Positions 49,282-60,795 of a stretch of DNA of 64,000 nt are shown in pieces (the stretch's first letter is position 1; each line of letters begins with the position of its first letter). The translations under genes were made by a program, and so were the position numbers. This DNA comes from Raillietiella orientalis. Lineage: Eukaryota. The notes under the pieces were generated by a model. The model was not told the DNA's origin, made no database searches, and saw nothing but the letters and a program-made list of their open reading frames with translations. Location of the stretch: assembly GCA_036172245.1 (NCBI GenBank), contig JAYWIR010000028.1:1-64000 (forward strand). The letters run 5' to 3'.

Positions 49282-52200
49282 TTTGTCCCCTCTATTAGAA
49301 CTACCTGGAAATTCGTGACAAGAAAGAAAAGTGGATGAAAGGTTAAGAAATTTTTAAAATGAAAAAAAAAAAAAAAACGACTTTCAAATGAAACAAATGG
49401 AATTCTCAAAATTCGAACTCTCATCAGTTTCTTGGAATCTGCGATGAATTCGTCGATTCAGAAACTCTGCTCAACGGACGGTTGGAAGTGCCATCCGCCC
49501 GAATTGTGATCGGGAAAATGCCAGCGGACCAAACGTCCTCGCAGAAGCATCACGCACGCAAATATCGAAAGAAAAAGGGTTGAAAGATTCTACTCAAGGG
49601 CCGGAAGTTGTGCCATTCGGCGCTTCTCGGCTGCTTCGACCGGCATTCACGGCCGTGGGGGATGCGCCATCCACGGAATCGAGCGCCAACGGCGGGATGG
49701 GGAAACGCAGTCCTGCCAGAAGTGCAAGGTACAACCAGGCAGGGGGCGAAACCACGTCGACTGGTTGTCAGGCATGCATTGACGCACGACGTGGCACACG
49801 TGATTTCGGTCTGGGAACAAGTTTCGAAGAACACACAAAGGGAAAAAATACAAAATGGAGGAAGTAAGGATGAAAAAGTTGCGACCACCGTCCGTTGCCC
49901 CGAGACTGAAGGATATGCAAACAGCGCAGGGATTGCGCAAAGGGTCACTTGCGGAAGCCACAGCACAGCATCAACGCAAACACTGGGTGTGGTTATTTAA
50001 ATACTGGTGCAATTTTTCACTTCGGACGTGGAATTCAGAGATTGGAGAGAGACTTTCGGGAAAACTCTCCCAAGCGATTCAAGGTCATGGCGGTGGCTGC
50101 TGTTTGGGATGTTTTCCTATGTTTTGCGCACATCTGAACAAATCACCAAACAGTGAGTGCACGAAAATTCTCCAAAAGCGCAACTGTCAGCAACGCACTT
50201 ATTTGCATTCAAGATCATGGGTGCGATCACGGGCTGAAGGAGGTGCTCGTGGGCCAACACCCGGTAGGGTGTATTGCAGCAGAAACTTAGAGGCCCTCCA
50301 ACAGCCGAAAATGTTCGGAACCTGCAGACTAAAAGGGTGCGCAGACGGGTGAGTTCCGCCTCGGCAGCAGTGGAAACAGTGGCAAACAAGATTTGAAAAT
50401 AGCGTATATGCGAAGCCTTGGGAGTATTAGAGAAAGGATCACTGTCCGCTTCAGGGCGTCCTCTACATCCCTGGGATGTCGGTTGGTGCACCCATGGCCC
50501 TTCAGTAACGCAGCCGCAGAAGCCGGGGGGCAACACGGTCTACAAACAAGTGCGGGATGTGGGATCATCTTATCCGAACAGCAAAATTCGGGGTGCACAG
50601 ACCTCAGGGTTTCGTGGTAGAGGCGGGCGTTTCAGGAGAGACCCTAATGTAATGCCAAAATGACCGTCTCGTTCTAATTCAGGGGGAAGGAACGGTTGTT
50701 GTTCAGCGCTGGGGAACTCTCGCGGACTTCCTGTAGGATTCCCCGCATTTCACCTTAGCGCAATGATATTTTTTTCTTTAAAGGCCATGGGGTCGCAACG
50801 TCCGTGAACTGGCTCGTGGTCCAAACACCTAGTTCCTTCTTCCGAAGAGCGATTCCGCTTCTGACCTCCCATTTGTGCAGCTCGATTCTGCCCACGTGTT
50901 CCCTTGGGAAGGGCATCCTCGTGGCTGGGAAGCATCTTTCAAACCACGAGAGCGTGCAGCCATCGGTTGCTGTAGAAGAAGTGCAGTTGTTGCTGCTGCA
51001 TCTCCGGGATCGCTTTGTTGTTCGCGATCCATGTTTGAACGCTCTTCCGCAACCAATCACTACCCTTCGCTTCCTTCCGCGAGCGAGTGGACGAACGGTC
51101 CGGCTGCCGTCTCCGGTTCCGGAGCAACGGGCGGAGACGAATCCCCTTTTTAATTCCCACCACAGATACGCATCCACCGGTGCAACGAGATCGGCGGAGT
51201 TTCCGGGGGACCTCAATGCCTCTGGTAGCATGCCGTTTGCTTGTCGTGGTCCCTGCGGTCAGCTGGACAAGTGTATGAGAGGGAGGGAGGGCAAGGGAAC
51301 GCGAAGGCACGCGCTCGCACTTTCTCCCGTTCCCACTGCCCTCCTCAGAAGAATCCGCGGTTCCGCTGCCCCGTAGTGTGAAGATTCATCTTCGTTACTT
51401 CTCGAGGGGATGCGCATGAATATGCTGTAATAAGGGAATGAGCGCACTCCCTTATTACCCTAGTCGGGATGAGTTCATGGAAAGGGTCCACATGAGGCAG
51501 GGGAAGACGTTAGTCGGTATATCTTCATCTCGGGTCGCTTTCTACGTCGACATTTCTTCCATGGCAGCGGAACGTGGTGCACTCGAAGCATACAAAGGAT
51601 GCGGGTGACCGATTACCTGCTACTATGGGAACGCGATCGTGCAAGCCGCTCGGAATCCACGATCGCTGGTTCCGTAACCCGATGTCGCAGATGGGACCAG
51701 AGAGCACTCTGTCGATTCTTCACGGCAATGTCCTTGACGTGCGTCTCGAGAGGGACGTTGTCCAGAAATTGCTGATTCAGGTGGTCCCCTGCTTCAAACC
51801 AAAAAATAAAAGGAGAGTAATTCCCTCCTTTCGCTCGACAGACTGTTGCTCTCCGAACGCCGCTCCGCCGAGCTGCCCCATATGGATCTCTTCAGATGGA
51901 AGAACCACGTTGGATAAGGCAAACAGAGAAGTACAGGTGCTCTTGCTGCTGCTCCTGCAGACCCTTGTGCTCACATGTTTCGTCCATCTGTCTCTCCCGC
52001 CCACACTGCAATGCTGAAGCGCAACGATGAGCTAGGGACCGTGAAACACGTGTCCTCCGCTCAAGCTTCTCCGCAGCGGCGCATCCAGGGGTTGCGTAAT
52101 CACTGATTTCGCGCTGACACTTGCCCCCTCTTGGAAGCTTGTCTTCAAACTTTTCCGCGAGAGTAGCCCGAGCGGAAGCGACGCTTCGTTCGTTCCGATC

Positions 52201-54420
52201 TCCCCAGCTGCAGAAGCATCTCCGCGGGAGGAGCTCTGAAAAAAAGGCGGACGAAAAGTCAGGGCCAGGAACACACTCGCGGCCCATTCCAGGGAGCTGT
52301 TTTCCTCCTTCCGACCGGTTCTCTTCTTTCTTCACCTCTCCTCCCTCCAGGTGGCTTGCGTACCCAAGAATTGGTCGACCACTGCGTGGGACGGGTGGAG
52401 TTCCTTGCACCGCGGCCTTCGGAAACGGCTTCCAGGTACGTTCCAGGATGTACCAAGACAAGGAAGCGGCAGCAGCTCACGACTGTCACCTGGAGCTCAC
52501 GCAAGAGAAGATATGTGCGAGCGATTACTCCTCCTATCCGATGTTCGCGGAAAAGTTTTCAGGTGAGTGCTGCCCTTGGCTCAGGAACAATAGGCAGCTA
52601 CCAAGTTGTGCTGGCGGCGCTAGCGACGACTTCAAAGGTTTCTGAGGTCGCCGCTGTCCCGAGTGCGGGGTGGGTGCTCTCGGCAGCGGAAGGTGGTAGT
52701 AGAAAACGAGCTGGCGTGAACCCTCACCTCTCTTTCGTGCCATTTTGGACCGACTGTCACCCGATGGTTGGCGCGAGCGACTGCGCTGCTTCTAGAGCCG
52801 AGGGAGCTGCTGACGAGCGAGCATTCCCTGAGCTCCGATCGGGAAACTTTCCATGCCGAGGATTTCCACACTTTCGAACCCGGAAGTGCCCTCGAGGGCA
52901 TGTGGAGCGAAGCACCAAAGACACAGGTTGCACCAGGGAGAGAGAAGGCAGTCCTTCCCCTCTCCCCTTCCCCCGTGTTGTCGTCTTTTCTCGCTGCTGC
53001 CCTTTGGTGTTTCCCAGGCAGCGGTTCCCTGAAAACGACCAAAGCCAAAGCTGCCGCAACTGCCGCCATTTACGCGTCCGTCTTAAGGGAAGCGCGTCAG
53101 CCCCAAACTAGTGAAAGACGCTTTCTTCCATCGTTACCACCGTCTCCTCCAGGTATGGAAGCACTGAGGCGACTTCGTGTCCCTAGCTTTCTCTACGAGA
53201 CCTCTTCTCTTTCTTCTTCTGGTTTCTGCTCGGGACGACGCGACTTCCCTCCACGAGAGGAAGGGCGGACCGACTCCGGAGGAGTCTGCGGCTGCTCAGA
53301 CTCGCTTCCTCTGCTGGACCTCTGGACCATTTCGCCTACCTCCAGTAGGCTACAGTGTAAGAGGCAGATGACTTTTGCTAGACAACCTTCTTTCGACCTC
53401 TCTTTGCTGGGAAATCCAGGAAGGCAGCCCAGGCATATCCACCCCATCTAACTCTTCTTTTCGTCGCTACGACCGTGGCCTTTGCCCTCTCGGATCCCGA
53501 ACGAAGGCTGCCTCCCTTCGCGGATTCAGATCGAGGAATGGGGTACGGGACGGGAAGGCAGAAGCAATGGGAAGCCTGGGGCCAAGTTCGTCTTTTCGAG
53601 ACGCCCTGTGGCAGTTGTTGCATTCACGTTAGCCACTACTGCCAGTTGCATCCGAGAGAAAAACGCGCCACACACCGCCCTTGCACTACATAGCCCACCC
53701 GACTCGAGGACATCCGAAAATACTTCCGCTCGAGACCGAGCTGCTGAGGCAACTCTGCCAGACCACCGCCATTCTCAAAGCATCAGACGCCACCAGGTTT
53801 GCCTCATGGAGAGGCGCGAAAAAAACCACACGCAGTTCTCTCTTTCCTTCTCTTCCTCCTCTTTTCCCTCCTCTCCGCTCGTCTCTGCCGCCGAGGTTCC
53901 AGCCCAGCACCAAGACGAGCACCTTGAGGATGAAAGCTGTGCATGGGGTTCACCGCTGCCCGGATCCCCTCATAGCCTGCTTCCCACGCAATCTGCTCTT
54001 CCCTCCATCTCCCGTCCCCTTTTCCTCACTGCTCACCCCTCACCCAAAGCAGCAAGCGCGTAGGCAGGAGGGGAGGAAAATCCGTTCATCCCAAGACCTT
54101 CACGCTCCTCCCCCTCAGGGTATGACCCTTCCGAGTTGCAAGCGCTGCCACCCGGCGCTTCCTCAGTCCCCTTGCAAGTGATGGCAGTCCGTCTTCCTCC
54201 TCAAGCACTTGCTTCCTGGTCCGGGGACTAGCTGGAAGCAGTGGATAGGAACAGGATGGGATAGCAAGAGTAGCGCAGAAGAAATCGATCATCTCCCCAT
54301 TTCCCCTTCCTTCCTGCAACCGTCCTTATCCACCTCCCCCCATCTCTCCGCTTAGCGCTATCGAATGGTTGAGCTGAATGAGAGAACTGCAACTTCACAT
54401 TTGCTTCATTTTCTGCTCAG

Positions 54421-54605
54421 TTCCAGCGCGGTGCAACGAACCGATGGTGGTTGGAAAATGCAGAGGAAGTTTTCCAAGGTGGCACTATAACTCCACATCA
54501 GAAAGATGCGAAAAATTCGTATTTGGTGGATGTCGTGGAAATGGCAACAACTTTTACAACCAAAGTTTATGCCAGCTGACCTGTTTGGGAAGAAGTGACT
54601 TTTGA
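54421..54605 (+). CDS. Kunitz copy 3 terminal exon (mosaic of copies 1 and 2); no dedicated leader exon found
   Basis: CNEPMVVGKCRGSFPRWHYNSTSERCEKFVFGGCRGNGNNFYNQSLCQLTC; intact acceptor ending at 54420. Confidence 0.85.
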
Positions 54606-55385
54606 AATTACGATGTAACGCTTTATTTTCTTTCGAAAGAATAATATACAATCGGTACGGTGCAATGCAGATTTACCAACAGTTTTTCTTTTCTCCTTTG
54701 CGCACTAAGATCCAGAAGGTCCAAAAAAGACATTAGAAACATTTCCACCATTGCAACATCTTACCAGAACGTTAGAACACGTTTCATCAATAAACCATCT
54801 ATCACTCTTTCTGTTCTTCAAGAGGATTTTCCAAGGGCATTTTATTCCTAGAGAATAAAAAATTGGCGTTGGAGTGGGAACCTTCCCCTCAAAAGACAAT
54901 AAGTTTTTATAACAATTTCTGTTGATTGCCCTTAACACATGAAATAGGCAATACTCATCTTTTGAGGGAACATTAGAGCTTGTGGCAGATACTTTTGTCA
55001 CACTACTGATGGCAACGAACAAATGCTTATATCAATACATTCGAGACATTTGCCATGCAAAATATTCCATCTCGTTTGCAAGCAATGCCAATATCATTAA
55101 GTTGTTGCCTCGTGTTGAATTAACCTCTTCACTTCCCCTGATCAGCATCGAAACCCATTTGCGACTGCCTACAGGTAAATCGAATTGGACAATGTTGGCT
55201 TGAATTCCACCTGCAATAGCAGTTGTGGGCGACGCTTTGCATGCATCCCACATTTTCCAGAGCAACCAAAAGTCACGAAAAATTGGTTTGCAGCTCAGCA
55301 GACAATTTGAAATCTGACAGCCGTTTCCCATTCCTACACCATACTGAACACCGAGTCCAACAGAAATCATCTTCCACGCGAAACC

Positions 55386-56720
55386 AGCACATTCTGCAAT
55401 CGGATACTCTGCAGACCTCGAGGTAGGAACCGGGATGCTGCTTTTGCTGTTGGTTTGCTTGCCCGCCTGCAATCATCCTGAATTTCTCGTTCCATTCCCT
55501 ACACTGCAGTTGGCAAGCACATTCTATCAATTTCTGGAACAGCCTTTCCGACAGAGGCCTCGCTCGGTCTCTTCCGGGTCGTGGTCAGGGTTGCCTATGA
55601 GATTTAGGACAATTCTTCTGCCTGGAACGGTAACGCAGGGAGACTTGAGCTCATCGCTTGCGGTTGCATCGTCCATAGATGCACTGAAGAGTTGCAAAAG
55701 AAGTTCCTCCTCTCGCGATGTTTTCTCCGTGAATTGAGGGCTTATTATCACACGTCGAAGGAAAATCGGAGAGGATTTAATTTCCCAGGAACTCGGAATT
55801 GAAGTGCTGATGGTCGGAAGAATATTTGCGACTCATCGGGCAGCCTGTGGTGTAAGGGCCGCAAAAGGAGCTTGGAAAGAATTTGGGGCTTTCTCTGTGC
55901 ACTTTGATCAAAATGCCGAAGTGGGAATGATCTCACATTTCGGAGACGGGAGCTTTTCAAGAGATTGAGTCTTGCCAAGTGACATTCTAGAGGAAATTTC
56001 ACTGCGTTTCAGGAAGGAGATGTTTTGGTTATTACAGCTGACAGATTTATCCGCCGAACAATAGATGGAATCGAAGATTGAAAATCTGATGGAGGAAATC
56101 ATGAAGAAGAAGCAGGCGAGATTGTAGAAGCCTAAAGGCACAACATTCCATTGAAGGTTTAAACAAGAAAAAAGATCGCCTGCATTTTCGGGAGGCGAAG
56201 TTTCCGATAGTTCATTGAAAGTTGTGAAAGTCCTCACGCCGTTCGAGGATGAAAATAGAAAATGCAATGCACTTTTGGATTCTTCTCGTTTGCCAAGTGC
56301 TGAGACCTGGCCGGGTGATGTTCGCGCAGCACTGTGGACTGAGGAAGAACATCGACTGAAGCAGTTGATCAGATTGATAAAGATGAAAGTAGCAGAGATA
56401 TCTCATGCAAAAGGATTCCCAATGGTGTATCTCTTAGGGCCAAAAGCCTTTTGAATGGTATTGCTGATAACTCGGCTGAAGCTGATAGAGGTATCAGCAC
56501 AATGAGGAAGATTCTTGGTATTAAAGAAAAATCCATCCTTACAGAGACATCAAGTCACTTAGTAAACGTGAATTTCACAGGGACATCCCTGAAAGAGTTT
56601 GAATCAATTGCTCACGTTACATCCTGGTTGGGAAAAGGACACAATCTGGCAAGCGGCAATCGGGTGAAAGAAAAAGTTCCCACTGCATCTTCTTGCCATA
56701 AGCAAAGTCTGATTTGGTCG
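55386..56720 (+). pseudogene. hAT transposase fossil, inverted duplicate of 14890-16221
   Basis: Near-identical reverse complement. Confidence 0.65.
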
Positions 56721-56829
56721 AGCGGGAACATTTTCTTTTGCTGGAATTTACTCTTGCGGGAGGAGGCTGCGGCGTGGAACACGTGCATGTCCCCCCTTTT
56801 CCGCACCCTGCCTTTCGTTTGAACCCCTA

Positions 56830-58658
56830 CGCAAAGTGTGCAGCGGAGGGACGAGGGGACCATCCTTTGAATCACCCTGTGTTGCTAAGGGAGGCCCCAT
56901 ATCCGCTAGAACTTCTTCGCTGAAGTACCTTGGCGTTCCGCTAGGCGACCTCGGCGCTGCCGAGGCGTGGTCGGACTGCCTTCATGAGGCAGAGTTGGCC
57001 GTCAGCCCGTTCATTAACGGCAAGTTTACCTTGCCGGAACGGGCGGCTATTTGGAACACCTTGGTGGCCTCCCTTTTCCGACCCCTGTTTTTTTCCTTTT
57101 TTCTGTCTTTCGCCCCCCTACGCGGCGAAAGAGCGGGCAAAATACCTGCTAGGAACGCTCTCTGGTGTTTGGGGCGATCCAGGGTCCGCCTGAAAAACTT
57201 GTCGTCTCCACGTCGGGATGCCGATCTTGGCATCCTGACGATGGAGCGCATAGGACTGCAAGTGCAGTTCCGGATGCTGGCACTGTGAGCAGAGCTTTGG
57301 ACATGCCCCCTGTGTGCCCCTGAGCGCATTCTCCTACAGAGGTGTGCCGGCAGTGAAGGACTTCTTTCCATGGTGCCTTCCAGGCGCCACAGAAAACAGG
57401 GGTTTTGGCTGTCCTTTGAGAGCACTCGCATCATTGCTGGAAGCCAATTCGTGGATTTCCTGCCGCCCAACGAACTACAGTTCTTAATGGCAGGAATCTG
57501 TTGATTCCTGGGCTGCATTTCTGGAAATGAGCCTTGGTGATCTTTGCCCACTGCGCCAATTCCAACCTTGGTCACTCCAAGATGTGATGCAGGACGAGGT
57601 GAAGTTTTCCTTCCTAGCCGCCACGTCCCTCGTCCAGGCGCTGTCTGCCCTCGCGGCTGGAAAAGACAGTAGCCAACCTGCGAGGTGGGAGTTCTCCTAC
57701 ACCATCGCAGTAAGAACGAAACTCCTCGGCGAATGGGGCACGAGCGAGCTGGCGGATGCCGCCACTCCTCGAGCTACAGCAAAGGGACTCCTTCGGTGGG
57801 GAGAAGCTCTTATTGTTGCCCCCGAGGAACAGATAGTCCCTCCCTGCTGTTTGGATGGTTCGGTATTTCCTCTCGCATGCAAGAAAGACTAGTTGCTCTT
57901 CTTGCACTGGGGCTTGCGTTACAAGGAGCGGCGGCACCGAGTTTCCGGTGGGGTGGCTTCTCCCTACTGTGGCCGTTGCGGGGTGACGGAGTCGTTCCCC
58001 TACCTTGTTTTGGACTGCGGTGCCCTCCAGGAACTCTGGCGGAGGTTGGGAGCAGCACTCCTGTCACCGGGGGTCACCACCCGAGAAGTGTTGCGACGGT
58101 TCTTCCAACCGCAAGGACTTTCCAGGACTGCAATGATTTCGACCGTTGGTTGCATGCGCGCGATCGTCACGGTACGAGACGTTCTGGAGAACACAGGGCA
58201 GAGATGATGTGTCATCAGGAAGGCAGCCGACTTAATCAGTGTGGAAGCTGAGTGGAGCCACTTGACGGAAAACGCGACGGAGGAGCTCACCGTCATCCAT
58301 CGCCGTGTTACCTACGGTTTACAGCGACGAACCCAGTGATCCACCTCCATTCCCCTTCAACTCCATTTTTGTTCTCGCCACCCTCTTCCCTTTCGCTCCT
58401 TAGTGCTCTTGGTGCTTTCTCTCTTTGTCTTTTCCGGCGACTGCGGGGCGTCACCAAATATCCCTGGACCTTTCCTCCCTTTTAGTCTGTTCTTTTTGTT
58501 TTTTGTAGTCCCCTTCTCCCCCATTCGTTCGAGGCCTTCCGTTTTCCTGGCCTGCGTGCCAGCAATGGATCTCCGTTGCTGGTTTTCTGTAGTCGTCGGC
58601 TGGAAACAACTGTTTCCAGCTGCTTCATGTAAATAAACGTCCCGGCTTGACCGGGTAA
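56830..58658 (+). mobile_element. 5'-truncated non-LTR element R10 with intact 3' end
   Basis: KYLGVPLGD, LFLHWGLRYKERRH and CGRCGVTESFPYLVLDC; ends AATAAACGTCCCGGCTTGACCGGGTAA. Confidence 0.88.
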
Positions 58659-58910
58659 GAAACTTCTGCCCTGCGCGTCTCCACGGACTCCTCGGCAACC
58701 TGATGCTGGAGCGCCTGCAGCGGACATTTTCCCTAGTGGCGAAGCTGTGGGACACGGACTGTCGCCAGCCGCGCCGTACCTGGTCAAGCGAGCCACCGGC
58801 AACGGGGTTTGACGTCCTTCTCGGTCCGGCGGGGCTCCAGCGGCGTGTCCGCGCTTAACACAACAGGTGAATAACCATGCACTCAGCACGCTTGCCATCT
58901 CAAAGCGTCC

Positions 58911-60795
58911 ATCTCACAGACGCAGATTCGGGAGTGTTGGATTCACACCAGTCACACAGAGTTGCATTTTTGATGCATCTCCTGTTTGACCCTTCGACGA
59001 CGAGAGCAGGACGCACTCGTGCGGATATGAGCACTCGAGGATCGGGAAATTCACATGAGGTTGTTGTCTTCGGTATCGTTCTCTCCAGCGGCGAAATTCG
59101 CTTTACAAAACGAAATTGAGTGGGCGGAGAAAAGTCCGCGTCCTCTTCGAACCCGGCTCCATCCAGCGTCCGAAGAAATTTCTCTACGCAGCATCCAAGC
59201 ACAGGAAGTGAGGTCAAGGAACCCCCTTGCCTCATCTCGCCGCGCCATCCTTACGGCTGCGCTTTGGTTGACCCGGGGACATCGGATGCTCCAAATCCCA
59301 ATGCAGCCCCATCCCATCGAGTGCACGATCGCAGCGACATGCTCACGGCACCAGCATGCGTGGGCGGCCTGCTGCGCGCCTCGCACTCGCCGCCCCTTTC
59401 CGGCTGCTGGTTCCTTTCGGGCAAATTCCTGAATCTTCCTGAACTTCGAGAAGGAGACGGTGACGGGTCCCGTGATTCGTTTCCTGGCCCGTAGGCGATC
59501 GCGGGGCTTGCGGAAGGGTCCGGCGAGTTTCGCGTCAAAGTGATGAGCGCTGTGCAACGAAGCCCTTGGCAGGAGCACCGTGCATTCTCGGCTTGTCGAA
59601 CGGTGCCCCGGACGGCAGCGAAGTTCTTCGCCGACAGCCACACGCACCATTTGCCCTTCCGAAACGGCAACAACGGGCACGCGTTTTACCCCCGCCTCTC
59701 TATTTTAAGTTCTGACCGAGGTTCGTCCTTTTCCGAGTGCCCGGAGGCCTCGCAAGGGAAAGAGGCACAACCATCCCCATAGCAAACTGTGATTCTATGG
59801 AGTGAGGAGGTCCAAACCCGAACACCCATCCGGCTCCGAACCAACGCTGCCGATGCGAGTGGCCTCTTCCAACGCCCATTTCGATTCTGCGGAGAACCAT
59901 GATCTGATTTATCGCCCGCTGGAACGGCACTTCCAATGACGAGTCTGCAGCCGCCTTGAGCTCAGACTTATGGCACTTCGTCCCCCATCCCCGATGCGGA
60001 TCTCAGCTCGCGTGCGCATCGATCAGCGAAAAATCTCGCTTCCTTCCCAATTTCTTTCGGAAGAGGTCTTCCAAAAATGCAGGATGGTGGATGCCAGGAT
60101 TCGAAGGAAACATCAGCATCCAGACCGTCTTTCCAGAGCAGCCTCTAAGGCTAGATGGTCTTGGTGTTCTTTCTCGCCATCACCACCACTTCCGCAGGGC
60201 GTCCTTGAACAAGCGTCGTCTACAACAACGCTGCAGTTCTCCTAATGATCGCGGTCCTCGCTGACCACAGTGCCCGCGTGCCACCTTCGTGGACCCCCGT
60301 CCTGTGACTTTCTGCTCGCGACGTCCGCTTCCCGCTACCGAACCTCCCGTTTCCCCCCCCGTCGCCAGTCTCGGAAAGGGCGCGCGTGACTCCCAACGGG
60401 TGAGGCGTGTGATCCAACGCCACGCGAGGTAAGGAGGCATTCTTAGCCTAGCGAAAAGGGCGGCTTCTCGAAAGACCTCACCACTCGCGTTGCCTAAGGC
60501 ATGGTTCAAGGCTAGAAGGAGAGACGCCGCCGCACGTGCCGCTCCGCGCAGGGTTGCCTCCCTACGTTGCCATCTGTTCTTCCAACGGCTCCCATGGTAC
60601 GCTATTGCGATCCGAGGTTGATGGCGGAAGGTCGAAGATTCCCGGAGGTGAAGAGTGGGCGATGCTTCGGTGTAGTCGACATCGCTCCCACTGCCGCACC
60701 ATGGCATCGCCGCTTATTCGGGAAGAGAACGTCTGAGCTTTCAACGGAATCCCGAGGGAAACGCCATGCTCTCCCTCCTCCCTCTATCGATTGTC
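58911..60795. repeat. Direct duplicate of Kunitz intron sequence (21523-22917 plus 28498-29000) with empty insertion site
   Basis: Near-identical sequence, continuous across GCGTGCCACCTTCGT. Confidence 0.93.

Larger units (their letters stand above)
44267..51030. repeat. Inverted segmental duplicate of 18800-22917 plus 28498-31136
   Basis: Reverse-complement identity; contains the empty insertion site. Confidence 0.95.
54040..57678. repeat. Duplication block: direct repeat of ~30240-33180 (which lacks ~710 bp); 54040-55385 is also an inverted repeat of 43813-45180
   Basis: Direct sequence matches and matching ORF-track translations. Confidence 0.92.

Noticed and set aside
51480..53900. Possible leader exon or host gene upstream of Kunitz copy 3
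   Set aside because: Only weak retroelement-like fragments; no convincing signal-peptide exon found.
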